From: Bacilli bacterium
GTDB taxonomy: Bacteria; Bacillota_I; Bacilli_A; RFN20; CAG-826
Reading direction: 5' to 3'
NCBI GenBank assembly: GCA_035647455.1
Contig: DASRNI010000028.1
Location: 9,154 to 73,153 of the forward strand
Length of the DNA: 64,000 nt
Positions 1 through 10,877 of the stretch are shown here, one piece after another (position 1 is the stretch's first letter; every line of letters begins with the position of its first letter). The position numbers were made by a program, and so were the translations under genes. The notes below the pieces were generated by a model, which saw only the letters and a program-made list of their open reading frames with translations, did no database searches and was not told the origin of the DNA.

Positions 1-989
1 CAAGTAACCTGCAAGCTTATCAAGCGGCGATCGTCATCGCGAATACGCCTGGCAAACTTTATAACCCGCTCTTCCTTTTCTCAGCATCGGGACTTGGAAA
101 AACCCATTTGCTCCACGCAATTGGTAACCATGTCCGCGCTAATAGTGCCAACTTAAAAGTACTTTACGTCACAGCTGATGAGTTTACCGAAGAATTTATT
201 CGTTTTGTTCGCGAAAATGAAGGTGAATCAATGAAAGACTTTTTCCGAACAATTGACGTACTTCTCGTTGATGATGTGCAGTTTTTAGCAAACAAACCAG
301 GTACTAGTGAGATGTTTTTCCATATTTTTAATACACTTGTAAATAATAATAAACAAATCGTCCTTACTAGCGACCGTCATCCGAGTGAATTAAAGGGGTT
401 AGAAGAGCGTTTAGTGACCCGATTCAATTCCGGTTTACAAATTAGTATCTCAACCCCGGACTTAGAAACACGAAAAAACATCTTACGGAAGAAAATTGAA
501 GCAAACAACCTTGACTTAAATGATTTTGATGAAGATGTCATTACTTTCTTCGCAGAAAACTTCCCGAATAACGTTCGTGAACTTGAAGGAGCGCTTAATC
601 GCCTACTTTTTTATGTTGTAAGTATCGCTCCGACAAAACATATCACGATGGACATCGCTTTAAATTCTGTTCAGTCGCTTGCTAATGGCCGCAGTGCGAA
701 AGCGAAACTTAACGAAACGCGAATTATTAACGTTGTTGCCGATTATTACAACTTAACGCCGGCGCTGCTCATTGGCCGTAACCGCACAAGCCAAGTCGCA
801 CTTGCCCGTCACGTTGCAATGTACTTAACCCGGGAAATTTTAGATCTACCGTTTACTCGTGTTGGAAAAGCATTTGGGGGTAAAGACCACTCAACTGTGA
901 TAAGTGCGGTCGTAAAAGTGGAGAAACAGTTAAAAGAAGATGCAGCGATGCAGCACGTCATCAAGGAGTTAAAAACACGTTTAAAGTAA
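1..989 (+). CDS. dnaA: Chromosomal replication initiator DnaA, 5'-truncated by the window edge (codon phase begins at nt 3). AAA+ domain and C-terminal DNA-binding domain IV.
   Basis: Translation from nt 3 gives ...NPLFLFSASGLGKTHLLHAIGNHV (Walker A GxxGxGKTHL). The C-terminus ...LARHVAMYLTREILDLPFTRVGKAFGGKDHSTVISA is the typical DnaA domain IV. dnaN, recF, gyrB and gyrA follow. Confidence 0.95.
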   Translation, partial: SNLQAYQAAIVIANTPGKLYNPLFLFSASGLGKTHLLHAIGNHVRANSANLKVLYVTADEFTEEFIRFVRENEGESMKDFFRTIDVLLVDDVQFLANKPGTSEMFFHIFNTLVNNNKQIVLTSDRHPSELKGLEERLVTRFNSGLQISISTPDLETRKNILRKKIEANNLDLNDFDEDVITFFAENFPNNVRELEGALNRLLFYVVSIAPTKHITMDIALNSVQSLANGRSAKAKLNETRIINVVADYYNLTPALLIGRNRTSQVALARHVAMYLTREILDLPFTRVGKAFGGKDHSTVISAVVKVEKQLKEDAAMQHVIKELKTRLK

Positions 990-1055
990 GGTTTATGTAA
1001 TAAAAATCATAAATCATGCTAAAATATAATATGCAAAAAACATGATTGTAATAGG

Positions 1056-1064
1056 TTGTCCACA
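1056..1064. promoter_or_regulatory. DnaA box, TTGTCCACA (one mismatch to TTATCCACA), in the dnaA-dnaN spacer. This is the downstream half of a split Firmicute oriC.
   Basis: The 9-mer ttgtccaca lies in an AT-rich 126-nt spacer. The trinucleotide run TTATTATTATCATTA at 1078-1092 follows it. Confidence 0.5.
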
Positions 1065-1115
1065 CAATTCACAGCCCTTATTATTATCATTAAAAGAAAG
1101 GAATAAATATATATT

Positions 1116-2246
1116 ATGAAATTTAAAATTAATCGGGAGCAATTTCTTCGCGGACTAACAATCGCTTCACGACCGACAACAACAAAAACTCCGATCCCAA
1201 TTTTAGGTAATATCTTACTCCAATTAGATGAAACGGGTTTAACATTACTTGGCTCAAATAACGAACTTGCCATTCGCACTCATATTCCAATGAGCGTTGA
1301 TGAATTAGAAGTGATTCGTGTTTATGAACAAGGAAAAGCGTTAATTTCGAGCAAAATGCTCAATGAATCAATCCGTAAAATGGAAGGTGGCGAAATCGAC
1401 CTTGAAATTATTGATCAAACTATCGCCCAAATTAGTGATGGTCGAACCGAATATCGTTTAAGTTCGATTAATCCTGACGAATATCCAGATTTAGACTTAA
1501 GCAGTGAAGGTACACTCTTTGATATTCCGGCAAAAGACTTTGTTCGTTTAGTAGAACAAACCGCATTTGCGGCTAGTGCAAAAGAACAACGTCCAATTTT
1601 AACCGCGCTCAATTTAACGGCACGTAACGGCCTTTTACATGCAGTCGCGACTGATTCGGCACGACTTGCGCAAAAAGTCGTCACACTTCGCGATAACGTT
1701 GAATTTGTCGCTAATGTGCCCGCAAAGATTGTCAGCGATGTCGCGAAACTCCTTGAAACACTCATTGATGTTGAGATGATTGAGATTCGCGCCGCGGAAA
1801 ATAAAATCAGTTTCTCATTCGGAAACACCTTTGTTGTCTCGCGGCTAGTCATTGGGGAATATCCACAAACCCGCAATATTATTCCAAAGTCACACGCTTC
1901 ATTTTTAGAGGTCAATGCGAATGAACTTTTAAAAGCAATGGATCGTGTTTCAATTTTAGCGTTATCCGACCGCGAGAATATCGTTAAACTAACGCTTAAA
2001 GAAGGCGAAGTTATTGTTTCTTCAAAATCACATGCCGCAGAAAGCGCAAAAGAAGTTGTCTCGCTTTGCCGCTACACCGGCGAACCACTCGAGATTTCCT
2101 TCAACCACTTACTAGTTGCTTCAGCAGTCAAAGCATGTTTAGCTGAAGATGTTATCATCGGCTTTAACGGAGCGAATAAACCATTCAGCGTTAAAGTTGC
2201 GGAAGATGATAGTCTTGTCATTATTGTCACACCAATCCGGACATAA
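1116..2246 (+). CDS. dnaN: DNA polymerase III beta sliding clamp
   Basis: 376 aa. N-terminus MKFKINREQFLRGLTIASRPTTTKTPIPILGNILL is typical of the beta clamp. The gene sits directly after dnaA. Confidence 0.95.
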   Translation: MKFKINREQFLRGLTIASRPTTTKTPIPILGNILLQLDETGLTLLGSNNELAIRTHIPMSVDELEVIRVYEQGKALISSKMLNESIRKMEGGEIDLEIIDQTIAQISDGRTEYRLSSINPDEYPDLDLSSEGTLFDIPAKDFVRLVEQTAFAASAKEQRPILTALNLTARNGLLHAVATDSARLAQKVVTLRDNVEFVANVPAKIVSDVAKLLETLIDVEMIEIRAAENKISFSFGNTFVVSRLVIGEYPQTRNIIPKSHASFLEVNANELLKAMDRVSILALSDRENIVKLTLKEGEVIVSSKSHAAESAKEVVSLCRYTGEPLEISFNHLLVASAVKACLAEDVIIGFNGANKPFSVKVAEDDSLVIIVTPIRT

Positions 2247-2361
2247 TTTTAAAAACATTCGTTTGTAGGCGCCGAGACGCAAAAACGGTGTCGAGCAAGT
2301 AGGCGCGAAAAACAATGCCGAAAGGCGATGAAAAACGCGTTTAAAACAACGAAAATTACAA

Positions 2362-2386
2362 GGGAATATATATATTCCCTTTTTTC
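2362..2386 (+). terminator. Rho-independent terminator downstream of dnaN
   Basis: Perfect hairpin gggaatatatatattccc followed by TTTTTTC. Confidence 0.7.
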
Positions 2387-2433
2387 TTTATAAATGATAT
2401 AATACTTTTAGTGATTAAGAAGGAACAAAGAGT

Positions 2434-2637
2434 TTGAGCGAACGAACATTTATTACGCTACAACAGGCGCTGAAAAAATATAACCTTGTCCAAAGTGGTG
2501 GCCATGCAAAAATTGTCATCCAACATGGCGAGGTTTTTGTCGATGGTGCTGTTGAAACGCGGCGCGGTCGCAAGCTTTACGGTGGTGAGTGCATAAGTTA
2601 TGCCAACACGGAGATTATCGTGAGCCATGATCATTAG
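2434..2637 (+). CDS. yaaA: S4-domain RNA-binding protein (YaaA/RbpA-like)
   Basis: 67 aa with a TTG start. ...VQSGGHAKIVIQHGEVFVDGAVETRRGRKL is S4-like. The position between dnaN and recF matches B. subtilis. An extended -10 TGATATAAT lies at 2395-2403. Confidence 0.75.
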   Translation: MSERTFITLQQALKKYNLVQSGGHAKIVIQHGEVFVDGAVETRRGRKLYGGECISYANTEIIVSHDH

Positions 2638-3697
2638 TGAACTTGAATTACTGAATTTTCGCAATCACAAAAACGTCAATGTTATTTTCACAAGCGGACT
2701 TAATGTAATTGTTGGTGAAAACGGCATCGGGAAAACAAACATCGTTGAAGCAATTGATTTTCTTGGCTTTGCCAAGAGCTTCCGCACGAATGAAAGTCTT
2801 CCCCTGATTAAAGAAGGTGAACAAAAAGCAATTATTAACGCCCAAGTTCACACGCCGTCACGAACACACATTGAGATCGAAGTGATGCCACGCCACAAAG
2901 TTGTGCGTGTTAACAACAAAACGGTTGGGCGCCTTTCCGCGCTCAGCAAATACGTTAGAGTAACGACGTTTCAACCCGCAGATGTTTTCTTTTTTGATGA
3001 GAGTCCGCAAAATCGACGGCGCTTTATCGACACAACGCTCGCAAAGAGTGACGAAGACTACTTAGCAACGCTAATTAACTATGAAAGGTTGCTTAAGGAG
3101 CGTAATGCGGCTCTAAAACTTGAAAACAACGATGACGTTATTAGCGTTATCGACGAACCTTTTGTGCAAAACGCACTCGAGCTCGTTAAGAGACGGGAAA
3201 AATTTGTGCGGGAGTTAAGTCGTGTTGTTAATGAAACGCTCCAGAAACTAACAAATGAGAAGCTTTACGTCCAGTTAAGCTACAAAGCAACACTCGGCGC
3301 AGGCGGCACTACACCGCAAAGTGCACTCGGCACAATAAAGCGCAACCGCGAACGGGAAAAAGTGTTGCAAACAACAACTGTAGGCCCACATCGCGATGAC
3401 CTAAATGCAACGCTTAACGGGAAAACGGTAAAAACGCATGCATCACAAGGGCAAAAACGGATGATTGCAATCGCGTTAAAGCTTGCACCGTATTTTATGG
3501 AAAAGCAAGAACATCGCCGCCCAATTATCGTTTTAGACGATGTGCTCTCAGAGTTAGACGAGACACATAGGGAGCGACTATTAACGTTATTACTTGCGTG
3601 TCAACAAGTATTTGTGACCGCAACGGAATATACAAACCACGCCCATTCAATTTATGAAATTGATCGTGCAGGGATAAAAAGGAGGACTTCGACATGA
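2627..3697 (+). CDS. recF: DNA replication and repair protein RecF
   Basis: 356 aa. N-terminus MIISELELLNFRNH...VIVGENGIGKTNIVEAI carries a Walker A. The gene overlaps yaaA by 11 nt and gyrB by 4 nt. Confidence 0.93.
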   Translation: MIISELELLNFRNHKNVNVIFTSGLNVIVGENGIGKTNIVEAIDFLGFAKSFRTNESLPLIKEGEQKAIINAQVHTPSRTHIEIEVMPRHKVVRVNNKTVGRLSALSKYVRVTTFQPADVFFFDESPQNRRRFIDTTLAKSDEDYLATLINYERLLKERNAALKLENNDDVISVIDEPFVQNALELVKRREKFVRELSRVVNETLQKLTNEKLYVQLSYKATLGAGGTTPQSALGTIKRNREREKVLQTTTVGPHRDDLNATLNGKTVKTHASQGQKRMIAIALKLAPYFMEKQEHRRPIIVLDDVLSELDETHRERLLTLLLACQQVFVTATEYTNHAHSIYEIDRAGIKRRTST

Positions 3698-5697
3698 GCG
3701 AAGACAAAAAACATCAAGAAATCGACGTAGAACTTGAAGCTGCAAAGGCTGAGATGCGTGCAGGAGAAGAATATACAGCGGAAAAGATTATCGTTCTTGA
3801 AGGGCTTGAGGCGGTACGCAAACGGCCCGGCATGTATATTGGATCAACGGGAACAACAGGACTTCATCATTTAGTATGGGAAATTGTTGATAACGCGATT
3901 GACGAGGCGCTTGCCGGTTACTGCGATACGATTACTGTAGAAATTAATAAGGATGGATCATTAAGCGTTACCGATAATGGGCGCGGAATGCCGGTTGACA
4001 TTGTCGAAAAAACACAACTTTCTGCAGTTGAAACAATTTTCACTGTGCTTCACGCTGGTGGAAAGTTTGGTGAAGGAGCTTATAAAGTTGCTGGCGGACT
4101 CCACGGTGTTGGTGCCGCGGTTGTTAACGCACTTAGTAAGAAGCTTGAAGTTAACGTCTACAAGTCAGGCAAAGAGTATTACTTAGCGTTTGAAAATGGC
4201 GGACACACAATTGGTAAACTAGTTGAAATTGGCCCAACCGACAAAAAAGGTACAAAAGTTACGTTTATGCCCGACGAAGCAGTGTTTACTGAAACAACAA
4301 CATTCGAATTTAAAGTTGTTGCTAATCGTCTTAAACAAATGGCGTTTTTAAATCGTGCAATTCGCATCGTTGTAAGTGACTTACGCGGCGAAGAAGTGAA
4401 AAAGGAAGAGTTTTACTATGAAGGTGGAATTAGTGAATACGTTCGCCACATTAATAAAACTAAATCCGCACCACTAGTTGATGAAGTTATTTTCATTGAA
4501 GGTAAAGGCGACTTCCAACAGCATGACAAAACAGTACCGGTAATTGTTGAAGCAGCAATTCAATACACAAATGACTACCGTGAAACAATTTTCACATTTG
4601 CCAACAACATTCAAACAATTGACGGCGGAACGCATGAACAAGGTTTTAGACTTGCCATGAACCGTGTATTCAATCGCTATGCTCGGGAAAACAAGATTTT
4701 CAAAAATGAAGACGAACGGTTTATTTATGAAGATATTATTGAGGGGATGACGGCGATCATTTCAATCAAGCATCCAAGCCCCGAATTTGAAGGGCAAACA
4801 AAGTCGAAGTTAGGTAACCCAGAAGTTCGCAGTATTGTTAGCCAGGTCGTCGGTGAGAAACTCGAAATGTACTTAATGGAAAACCCGAACGAAGCAAGAA
4901 TCATTATGGAAAAAATCCAACTTTCTTCAAGAGCGCGTCGCGCGGCAAACTTAGCCCGTGAAAGCATTCGTCGTAAAGACGGAATTGAGTTTACAACATT
5001 ACCAGGAAAACTTGCTGATTGTTCAAGCCGCAATCCTGAAGAGAGTGAACTATTCATCGTTGAAGGTAACTCCGCTGGCGGTAGTGCGAAAAACGGTCGT
5101 AACCGTCATACACAAGCAATTTTACCGTTACGTGGAAAAATCTTAAACGTGCAAAAGGCGCAAGAACGACGAATTTATGAAAACGCTGAAGTCGGGAACA
5201 TGATTCAAGCAATTGGTGCAGGAATTGCTGAAGAATTCGACATAACGAAGGCGCGGTATCATAAAATTATCATTATGACGGACGCGGACGTTGACGGAAG
5301 CCATATTCGTGTCTTACTCTTAACATTTTTCAACCGCTTTATGCGTGAGCTAATTAAACACGGCTATGTTTATATTGCGCAGCCGCCATTATATAAAGTT
5401 GATTATCGTGGTAAGCAGTATTATTGCTATAACGATGAACAGCTCGAACAACTTAAAGTTGATCTTGACTTACGTGACGGCTATCCGTTCCAACGCTATA
5501 AAGGGCTTGGGGAGATGGATGCACAGCAGCTTTGGGATACAACGATGGATCCCGAGCAACGTAAGTTATATCGTGTGACAATTAGTGATGCGATTGAAGC
5601 CGATACAATTTTTGAAGAGTTGATGGGCGAAGCGGTCGATCCGCGCCGTGATTTTATTAATGAAAACGCCATGTTTGTGAAGAACTTGGACGTTTAA
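3694..5697 (+). CDS. gyrB: DNA gyrase subunit B
   Basis: 667 aa. ...[21 protein letters not shown]...[14 protein letters not shown] is the GHKL ATPase. TOPRIM motifs [10 protein letters not shown] and [11 protein letters not shown] are present. RBS AAAGGAGG. Confidence 0.97.
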   Translation: MSEDKKHQEIDVELEAAKAEMRAGEEYTAEKIIVLEGLEAVRKRPGMYIGSTGTTGLHHLVWEIVDNAIDEALAGYCDTITVEINKDGSLSVTDNGRGMPVDIVEKTQLSAVETIFTVLHAGGKFGEGAYKVAGGLHGVGAAVVNALSKKLEVNVYKSGKEYYLAFENGGHTIGKLVEIGPTDKKGTKVTFMPDEAVFTETTTFEFKVVANRLKQMAFLNRAIRIVVSDLRGEEVKKEEFYYEGGISEYVRHINKTKSAPLVDEVIFIEGKGDFQQHDKTVPVIVEAAIQYTNDYRETIFTFANNIQTIDGGTHEQGFRLAMNRVFNRYARENKIFKNEDERFIYEDIIEGMTAIISIKHPSPEFEGQTKSKLGNPEVRSIVSQVVGEKLEMYLMENPNEARIIMEKIQLSSRARRAANLARESIRRKDGIEFTTLPGKLADCSSRNPEESELFIVEGNSAGGSAKNGRNRHTQAILPLRGKILNVQKAQERRIYENAEVGNMIQAIGAGIAEEFDITKARYHKIIIMTDADVDGSHIRVLLLTFFNRFMRELIKHGYVYIAQPPLYKVDYRGKQYYCYNDEQLEQLKVDLDLRDGYPFQRYKGLGEMDAQQLWDTTMDPEQRKLYRVTISDAIEADTIFEELMGEAVDPRRDFINENAMFVKNLDV

Positions 5698-5708
5698 GGA
5701 GTAGCAAA

Positions 5709-8222
5709 ATGAGTGAAGATAATAACAAAAAAGATCATATTGAAGAAAAAAACCACGAGTTTGAAGGAATTCAATCAGGGATTCATGATATCGACGTCGT
5801 TGATGAAGTTAAGCGTTCATTTTTAGATTACGCGATGTCGGTTATTGTTGCCCGAGCTATTCCGGATGTCCGCGACGGTTTTAAACCAGTTCACCGCCGC
5901 ATTGTTTACGGAATGAGCGAAGCGGGAATGACCCCAGACAAACCACACAAGAAAAGTGCGCGAATTGTCGGGGATGTCATGGGGAAATATCACCCACACG
6001 GTGACGCAGCAATTTATTCAACATTAGTCCGGATGGCACAGCCATTTAGTTTACGTTACACATTAGTTGATGGACACGGAAACTTTGGTAGTGTTGATGG
6101 TGACGAAGCCGCAGCGATGCGGTATACCGAAGCAAGAATGTCGCGTCTATCAACAGAAATGGTCCGTGATTTAAACTTAAATACTGTCGATTTCGTCGAT
6201 AACTACGACGGAAGCGAAAGAGAACCAGAAGTATTACCATCAAGATTCCCCAACCTTATCGTTAACGGTAGTAGTGGAATCGCTGTGGGGATGGCGACGA
6301 ATATGTTACCGCACAATTTAAGCGAAACAATCGAAGCGATTAAACTAATTGCCGCCGAACCAGAAGTAACACCGCGCGAAATTATGGAACGGGTGATGCC
6401 GGGACCAGACTTTCCCACCGGCGCAACAATTTTAGGTCGTAAAGGTATTCTTTCGGCGTTTGAAACGGGTGAAGGCAGTGTTGTCGTTCGTGCAAAAACA
6501 CATTTTGAAGAACACCGCGATCGCACATGGATTATTATTGATGAATTACCGTATCAAATTAATAAAGCGCGCCTAATTGAAAAAATCGCTGAATTAGTCC
6601 GCGATAAACGCATTGAAGGCATCAGCGATATTCGTGACGAATCAAATAAAGACGGAATGCGCGTTGTTATTGAAGTAAGGCGCGACCACATTCCGGAAAT
6701 TGTTTTAAATAACTTACTCAAGCAAACAAGAATGCAAACGAGTTACGGGATTATCAACCTTTGTTTAGTCGATAACATGCCGCGCATTCTTAATATGAAA
6801 GAATTGCTTGAACATTACTTGAACTTCCAAGTTGAAATTATTCGTCGTCGCACGGAGCATCAACTTGCCGTTGCGTTAGCGCGCGAACACGTTGTGGAAG
6901 GCTTATTACGTGCAATTAGTAATATTGATGAAATCGTCAACATTATTAAATCAAGCGCCTCAACAGAAGTCGCGACAGCAAACTTAATGGAACGCTTTGA
7001 GTTCACCGAAATTCAAACACGTGAAGTTTTAAGCATGACATTACGTCGCTTGACTGGACTTGAAAAAGGTCGACTTGAGAAAGAAAAAGAAGACTTAGGC
7101 AAGAGTATTGAAAAGTTCCGCTTTATTTTATCAACACGGGACAACCTTGTTGAAGTTGTCTTAATTGAATTAGAAGAAATTAAACAAAAGTTCGGTGACG
7201 AGCGTAAAACGGAAATTAGTGATGACTTTGCCGATATCGATAACGAAGATTTAATTCCGCAAGAAGATATCGTTGTTTTACTAACAAACGAAGGTTACGT
7301 TAAACGTGTAAGTCCTGACGACTTCCGCTTAATCCGCCGCGGTGGTGTTGGCGTTAAAGGAATGCGGACAAAGGAAACTGACGTCGTAGACGTCATCGTC
7401 CATACGCATACGCACACAGACATTTTATTCTTTACCGATAAAGGAAAAGTATATCGTCAACGTGGTTATCAAATTCCAGCGCACCGTCGTGATGCCCGGG
7501 GTACACCAATTATTAACTTAATTAATATCGAAAGAGACGAAAGAGTGCGGGCAATCTTGAGTGTTGATGAATATGACGAAGATCACTACTTATTTTATGT
7601 AACGCGAAATGGTGTTGTTAAACGAACACAACTTTCGCACTTCGAACGAATTAATATTAACGGCAAAATCGCTATTGACTTACGTGAAGGCGATTCATTA
7701 ATTGACGTTAAAGTAACAGACGGCACGGCAGAAATCGGGATCGGCGCAACGAACGGTAAAATGGTTCGTTTTGATGAAAACGATGTTCGTTCAATGGGCA
7801 GAACTGCTGCTGGAGTACGCGGAATTAACCTTGACGAAGGTGACCACGTTGTCGGTGTAGCAACAACGCTTGAAGGTAACTTAATCTTCGCACTTACGAC
7901 AAAGGGCTACGGAAAAATTAGTGATATTAATAGTTATCGCTTAACAAGACGCGGCTCGAAAGGCGTAATTACTGTTCGCGCTAATAAGAAAAATGGCGTT
8001 CTTGCGGGAATTCGGGCAATTCAAGGTGATGAAGACTTATTCGTCACAACAAATTCCGGAATGGTCATTCGTACTAACTTAGGCCAGATTAACGAAACCG
8101 GTCGTAACACAATGGGTGTTCGCGTCATTCGTTTACGTGATAAAGATATCGTTGCCTCATTCGCTGTTGTCGAAAAGAGCGATGACGAAGACGAAGTCGA
8201 AGAAACAAACGACGAAGAATAG
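5709..8222 (+). CDS. gyrA: DNA gyrase subunit A
   Basis: 837 aa. ...[15 protein letters not shown]...[10 protein letters not shown] holds the active-site Tyr region. The acidic C-terminal tail is typical of Firmicute GyrA. Confidence 0.97.
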   Translation: MSEDNNKKDHIEEKNHEFEGIQSGIHDIDVVDEVKRSFLDYAMSVIVARAIPDVRDGFKPVHRRIVYGMSEAGMTPDKPHKKSARIVGDVMGKYHPHGDAAIYSTLVRMAQPFSLRYTLVDGHGNFGSVDGDEAAAMRYTEARMSRLSTEMVRDLNLNTVDFVDNYDGSEREPEVLPSRFPNLIVNGSSGIAVGMATNMLPHNLSETIEAIKLIAAEPEVTPREIMERVMPGPDFPTGATILGRKGILSAFETGEGSVVVRAKTHFEEHRDRTWIIIDELPYQINKARLIEKIAELVRDKRIEGISDIRDESNKDGMRVVIEVRRDHIPEIVLNNLLKQTRMQTSYGIINLCLVDNMPRILNMKELLEHYLNFQVEIIRRRTEHQLAVALAREHVVEGLLRAISNIDEIVNIIKSSASTEVATANLMERFEFTEIQTREVLSMTLRRLTGLEKGRLEKEKEDLGKSIEKFRFILSTRDNLVEVVLIELEEIKQKFGDERKTEISDDFADIDNEDLIPQEDIVVLLTNEGYVKRVSPDDFRLIRRGGVGVKGMRTKETDVVDVIVHTHTHTDILFFTDKGKVYRQRGYQIPAHRRDARGTPIINLINIERDERVRAILSVDEYDEDHYLFYVTRNGVVKRTQLSHFERININGKIAIDLREGDSLIDVKVTDGTAEIGIGATNGKMVRFDENDVRSMGRTAAGVRGINLDEGDHVVGVATTLEGNLIFALTTKGYGKISDINSYRLTRRGSKGVITVRANKKNGVLAGIRAIQGDEDLFVTTNSGMVIRTNLGQINETGRNTMGVRVIRLRDKDIVASFAVVEKSDDEDEVEETNDEE

Positions 8223-8223
8223 T

Positions 8224-9228
8224 ATGAAGGTTTTAATCCATTTTAATGTTCATCGTGATAAAAAGCTTTTTGAAGCTGAGCAATTAAAGCGCCACATTAT
8301 TGCGGCGTGCGAAGATTGCGCAATTAATTATGTTGAAAAACATGAAAAGAATGTTAGTATCGCTAACTTTATTAGCTTAAATCAAAGTTCAACAAATTTA
8401 ATTCGCTTTTATGTTGAACGCAGCGTACCGACGTTGCTTTGGATGTTTTACGCTAATACTGACGCTGATGCAGAAATTATAAAGACACGAAAAAACGGTG
8501 AAAAGTATATCCCGAAAAGCCGGTTAGCTTTAATTAATATGATGGATGCAATTATCGTCCCCAGCAATGAAGCAAAGCTTTACTTATGGAAACTCAAAGT
8601 AAGAATTCCGGTATTCATCGCCCGTAACGGCGTTAAAGAAGATTACTATAACAACTTAAAAAAAATCGGTAAAGAACCATTTGTCCGCTATTTTCGGATT
8701 GATGAAAAGCAAAAATATGTTGTTTCTGTCGTTCCAATAAACAAGCGCCGCGAAAAGTTACAATTACTCAATAAGCTTGCAAAAAGCGTACCAAACCACA
8801 ACTTTTATGTGTTTGTAAGTGCTAAAAACACCGTTTTCAGCAAGATGAAGTTACGACGGCTTGATCGCTATACTGCCCGGAACTTAATTGTTTCACCGAT
8901 TGTCCGCGAAGATGTTTATCGTTCCGGTCTTTACGGTGCGAGTTACTTCCTTGATAGTGGTGACGATAAGTTTGGTCTTATGTCACTCGTCGAAGTTATT
9001 GCCGCGAAAACGCCGGTGATTATTGAAGAAAAAGCGGCGTTTCTTGATATTCTACAAAAGGAAAGCGCATATTTTAGAGTTGGGTACGAAGAAATTCGTG
9101 ATGTTTTGCTCAGTAATGCTGATAGTAATGATAAAATTGCAGCGGCAATTCGTTACACAACGAAAAACACACGGGCAAACTTTACAAACGCTGTTTGTGA
9201 ATTATTTACAAAAATTTATCATCGTTAA
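8224..9228 (+). CDS. Putative GT4 / GT1-family glycosyltransferase-like protein
   Basis: ATG lies 1 nt after the gyrA stop. The ORF-track start at 8116 is an in-frame extension into gyrA. GT-B-like C-terminal half: ...ARNGVKEDYY...VVSVVPINKRREKLQLL...GLMSLVEVIAAKTPVIIEE resembles the E-x7-E / G-x-PVI region of GT4 enzymes. Confidence 0.5.
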   Translation: MKVLIHFNVHRDKKLFEAEQLKRHIIAACEDCAINYVEKHEKNVSIANFISLNQSSTNLIRFYVERSVPTLLWMFYANTDADAEIIKTRKNGEKYIPKSRLALINMMDAIIVPSNEAKLYLWKLKVRIPVFIARNGVKEDYYNNLKKIGKEPFVRYFRIDEKQKYVVSVVPINKRREKLQLLNKLAKSVPNHNFYVFVSAKNTVFSKMKLRRLDRYTARNLIVSPIVREDVYRSGLYGASYFLDSGDDKFGLMSLVEVIAAKTPVIIEEKAAFLDILQKESAYFRVGYEEIRDVLLSNADSNDKIAAAIRYTTKNTRANFTNAVCELFTKIYHR

Positions 9229-9284
9229 ACGTAGTTTTAACGAAATAAGATAAAATGAAATTGTTCAAAGAAGAGGCAAAGTAA

Positions 9285-9468
9285 TAATTGTTCGCCTTAA
9301 AGTGAGTTACTGTTAGTGCGAAAGTAATAGTGCGAAGGTTATGAATTCCACCTCGGAGAACGAACTTAACCGTTCCGTTAGTTGGCGTTAAAAACTCAGT
9401 AAAGGTGTGCTAAAAGCACATGAATTTAGGTGGCACCACGGTAAAACGTCCTAAAGAGGGCGTTTTAT
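9285..9468 (+). promoter_or_regulatory. T-box riboswitch leader of serS, with probable Ser specifier UCC at 9347-9349
   Basis: Stem I carries an AGTGA GA-motif. The conserved T-box sequence AATTTAGGTGGCACCACGG lies at 9423-9441. The terminator hairpin acgtcctaaagagggcgt + TTTATTTT at 9446-9470 can alternate with an antiterminator. Sits upstream of an aminoacyl-tRNA synthetase gene. Confidence 0.8.
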
Positions 9469-9490
9469 TTTGTCTAAAGGAGGAGAGACG

Positions 9491-10771
9491 ATGATTGATA
9501 TTAATTTAATTCGTGAACACCCAGAAAAAGTTCGCGAAGCATTAAAGAAAAAGGGTTGGGATTTTGATGCGAGGTATTTTCTCGCGCTGGACGTTGAACG
9601 GCGCAAAATACGCACAGAAGTTGAAGCAACTAAAGCGCAAATTAGAAAACTTAGTGAAGAAGTTCCGAAAATTAAAAAGGCTGGCGGCGATGTTGCGGTA
9701 ATTTTTAAAGAAGTAAAAGCTTTAAAAGACGAAAATAGTGTGAAAGAAGCAAAATTGCAAAAGCTTGATGCTGAAGTAATGGCGATACTAGTCGACTTAC
9801 CAAATATGCCTGATCAAGATTTGTTGCCAGGCGGAAAAGAAAACAACGAAAGAGTTTATGTTTTTGGAACGATACCTAAATTTACGTTTAAACCAAAAGA
9901 TCACGTGGAATTAGCAGAATCTTTAGAACTAATTGATTATAAACGCGCGGCGAAGATTTCCGGAGCTGGAACATGGATTTATAAAGGTGTTGGTGCCGAA
10001 CTTGAGTGGGCATTATTAAATTACTTTATGCAAACACACTTAAAAGCAAATTATGAAATGATTTTACCACCACATATATTAAACGAAGAAAGCGGCTTTA
10101 CAGCGGGACAATTCCCGAAATTTGCCGATGATGTTTTCTGGCTTGAAGGTGTTGAGCCGCGCAAGTTTTTATTACCAACTTCAGAAACTGCCCTTGTTAA
10201 CTATCACCGTAATGAAATATTGACGGAAAAAGAATTACCGAAAAAGTATTTTTCATATACACCGTGTTATCGTAAGGAAGCGGGCAGTTATGGTACGGAA
10301 GAGCGCGGAATGATTCGTGGATACCAATTTAATAAAGTTGAAATATTCCAATTTGCGAGCGATAAAAACTCGGAAGAGATTTTTAATGAAATGGTCGATC
10401 ATGTTAAAGCGTTAGTTGAAGCGTTAGGATTACATTTCCAAGTTTCAAAACTAGCAGCGGGTGATTGTTCCCATTCAATGGCTCGAACTTATGACGTCGA
10501 AGTTTATATTCCCTCAATGGATACGTACAAAGAAGTAAGTAGCGTTAGCAACGCCCGCAGCTATCAAGCGCGTCGCGGAATGGTGCGTTATCGTGAAACA
10601 GAAAGTGGACAAATTCGTTACATTCATACGTTAAACGGGTCAGGTTTAGCAACTTCACGCTTAATTCCAGCTATTTTAGAGCAATTTCAACAAGAAAACG
10701 GCTCAGTTATTATCCCTGAAGTGCTTCGCCCGTACTTAGGCGGTCGCAAAGTACTCGAAATCAAAGGTTAA
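9491..10771 (+). CDS. serS: Seryl-tRNA synthetase
   Basis: Starts at the ATG after RBS AAAGGAGGAG. The track's 9470 TTG extension lies inside the T-box terminator. N-terminal coiled-coil tRNA-binding arm. Class II motifs ...FRKEAGSYGTEERGMIRGYQFNKVE... and ...NGSGLATSR. Confidence 0.93.
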   Translation: MIDINLIREHPEKVREALKKKGWDFDARYFLALDVERRKIRTEVEATKAQIRKLSEEVPKIKKAGGDVAVIFKEVKALKDENSVKEAKLQKLDAEVMAILVDLPNMPDQDLLPGGKENNERVYVFGTIPKFTFKPKDHVELAESLELIDYKRAAKISGAGTWIYKGVGAELEWALLNYFMQTHLKANYEMILPPHILNEESGFTAGQFPKFADDVFWLEGVEPRKFLLPTSETALVNYHRNEILTEKELPKKYFSYTPCYRKEAGSYGTEERGMIRGYQFNKVEIFQFASDKNSEEIFNEMVDHVKALVEALGLHFQVSKLAAGDCSHSMARTYDVEVYIPSMDTYKEVSSVSNARSYQARRGMVRYRETESGQIRYIHTLNGSGLATSRLIPAILEQFQQENGSVIIPEVLRPYLGGRKVLEIKG

Positions 10772-10877
10772 TTATTGTATAATAATTATGCCATCGCGAT
10801 GATTGTTATTCGAACCAGGTCAGGACGGGAACGGAGCAGCCTTAAGATGTACAGTCATGTGCGGTGGTTTTGTTTCA

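Noticed and set aside
1415-1915. 166-aa minus-strand ORF antisense to dnaN. The same pattern applies to 4725-5057, 6203-6526, 13484-13747, 29075-29455, 34831-35247, 35852-36148, 38268-38600, 39981-40271, 54542-54868 and others.
   Set aside because: Each lies entirely inside a well-supported gene on the opposite strand or in another frame. The compositions are odd (Ser/Arg/Leu-rich) and there are no RBS signals. These are typical spurious antisense ORFs.
7396-7422. CATACGCATACGCACACAGAC microsatellite-like stretch.
   Set aside because: It lies inside gyrA and simply encodes HTHTHTD in the C-terminal beta-pinwheel region. It is in-frame, with no sign of slippage.
8116-8223. ORF-track N-terminal extensions: 8116 into gyrA, 9470 for serS, 10803 for tadA, 35643 for ntpK, 36700 for ntpC, 23799 for znuC, 27494 for tldD, 55186 for capF, 59464 for the aminotransferase, 62851 for rluA.
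   Set aside because: These extensions begin at TTG/GTG or run through the upstream gene or the T-box terminator. Internal ATGs with good Shine-Dalgarno spacing give products matching known N-termini, for example TadA MMNDEKYM and CapF MKVLITGANGFIG.
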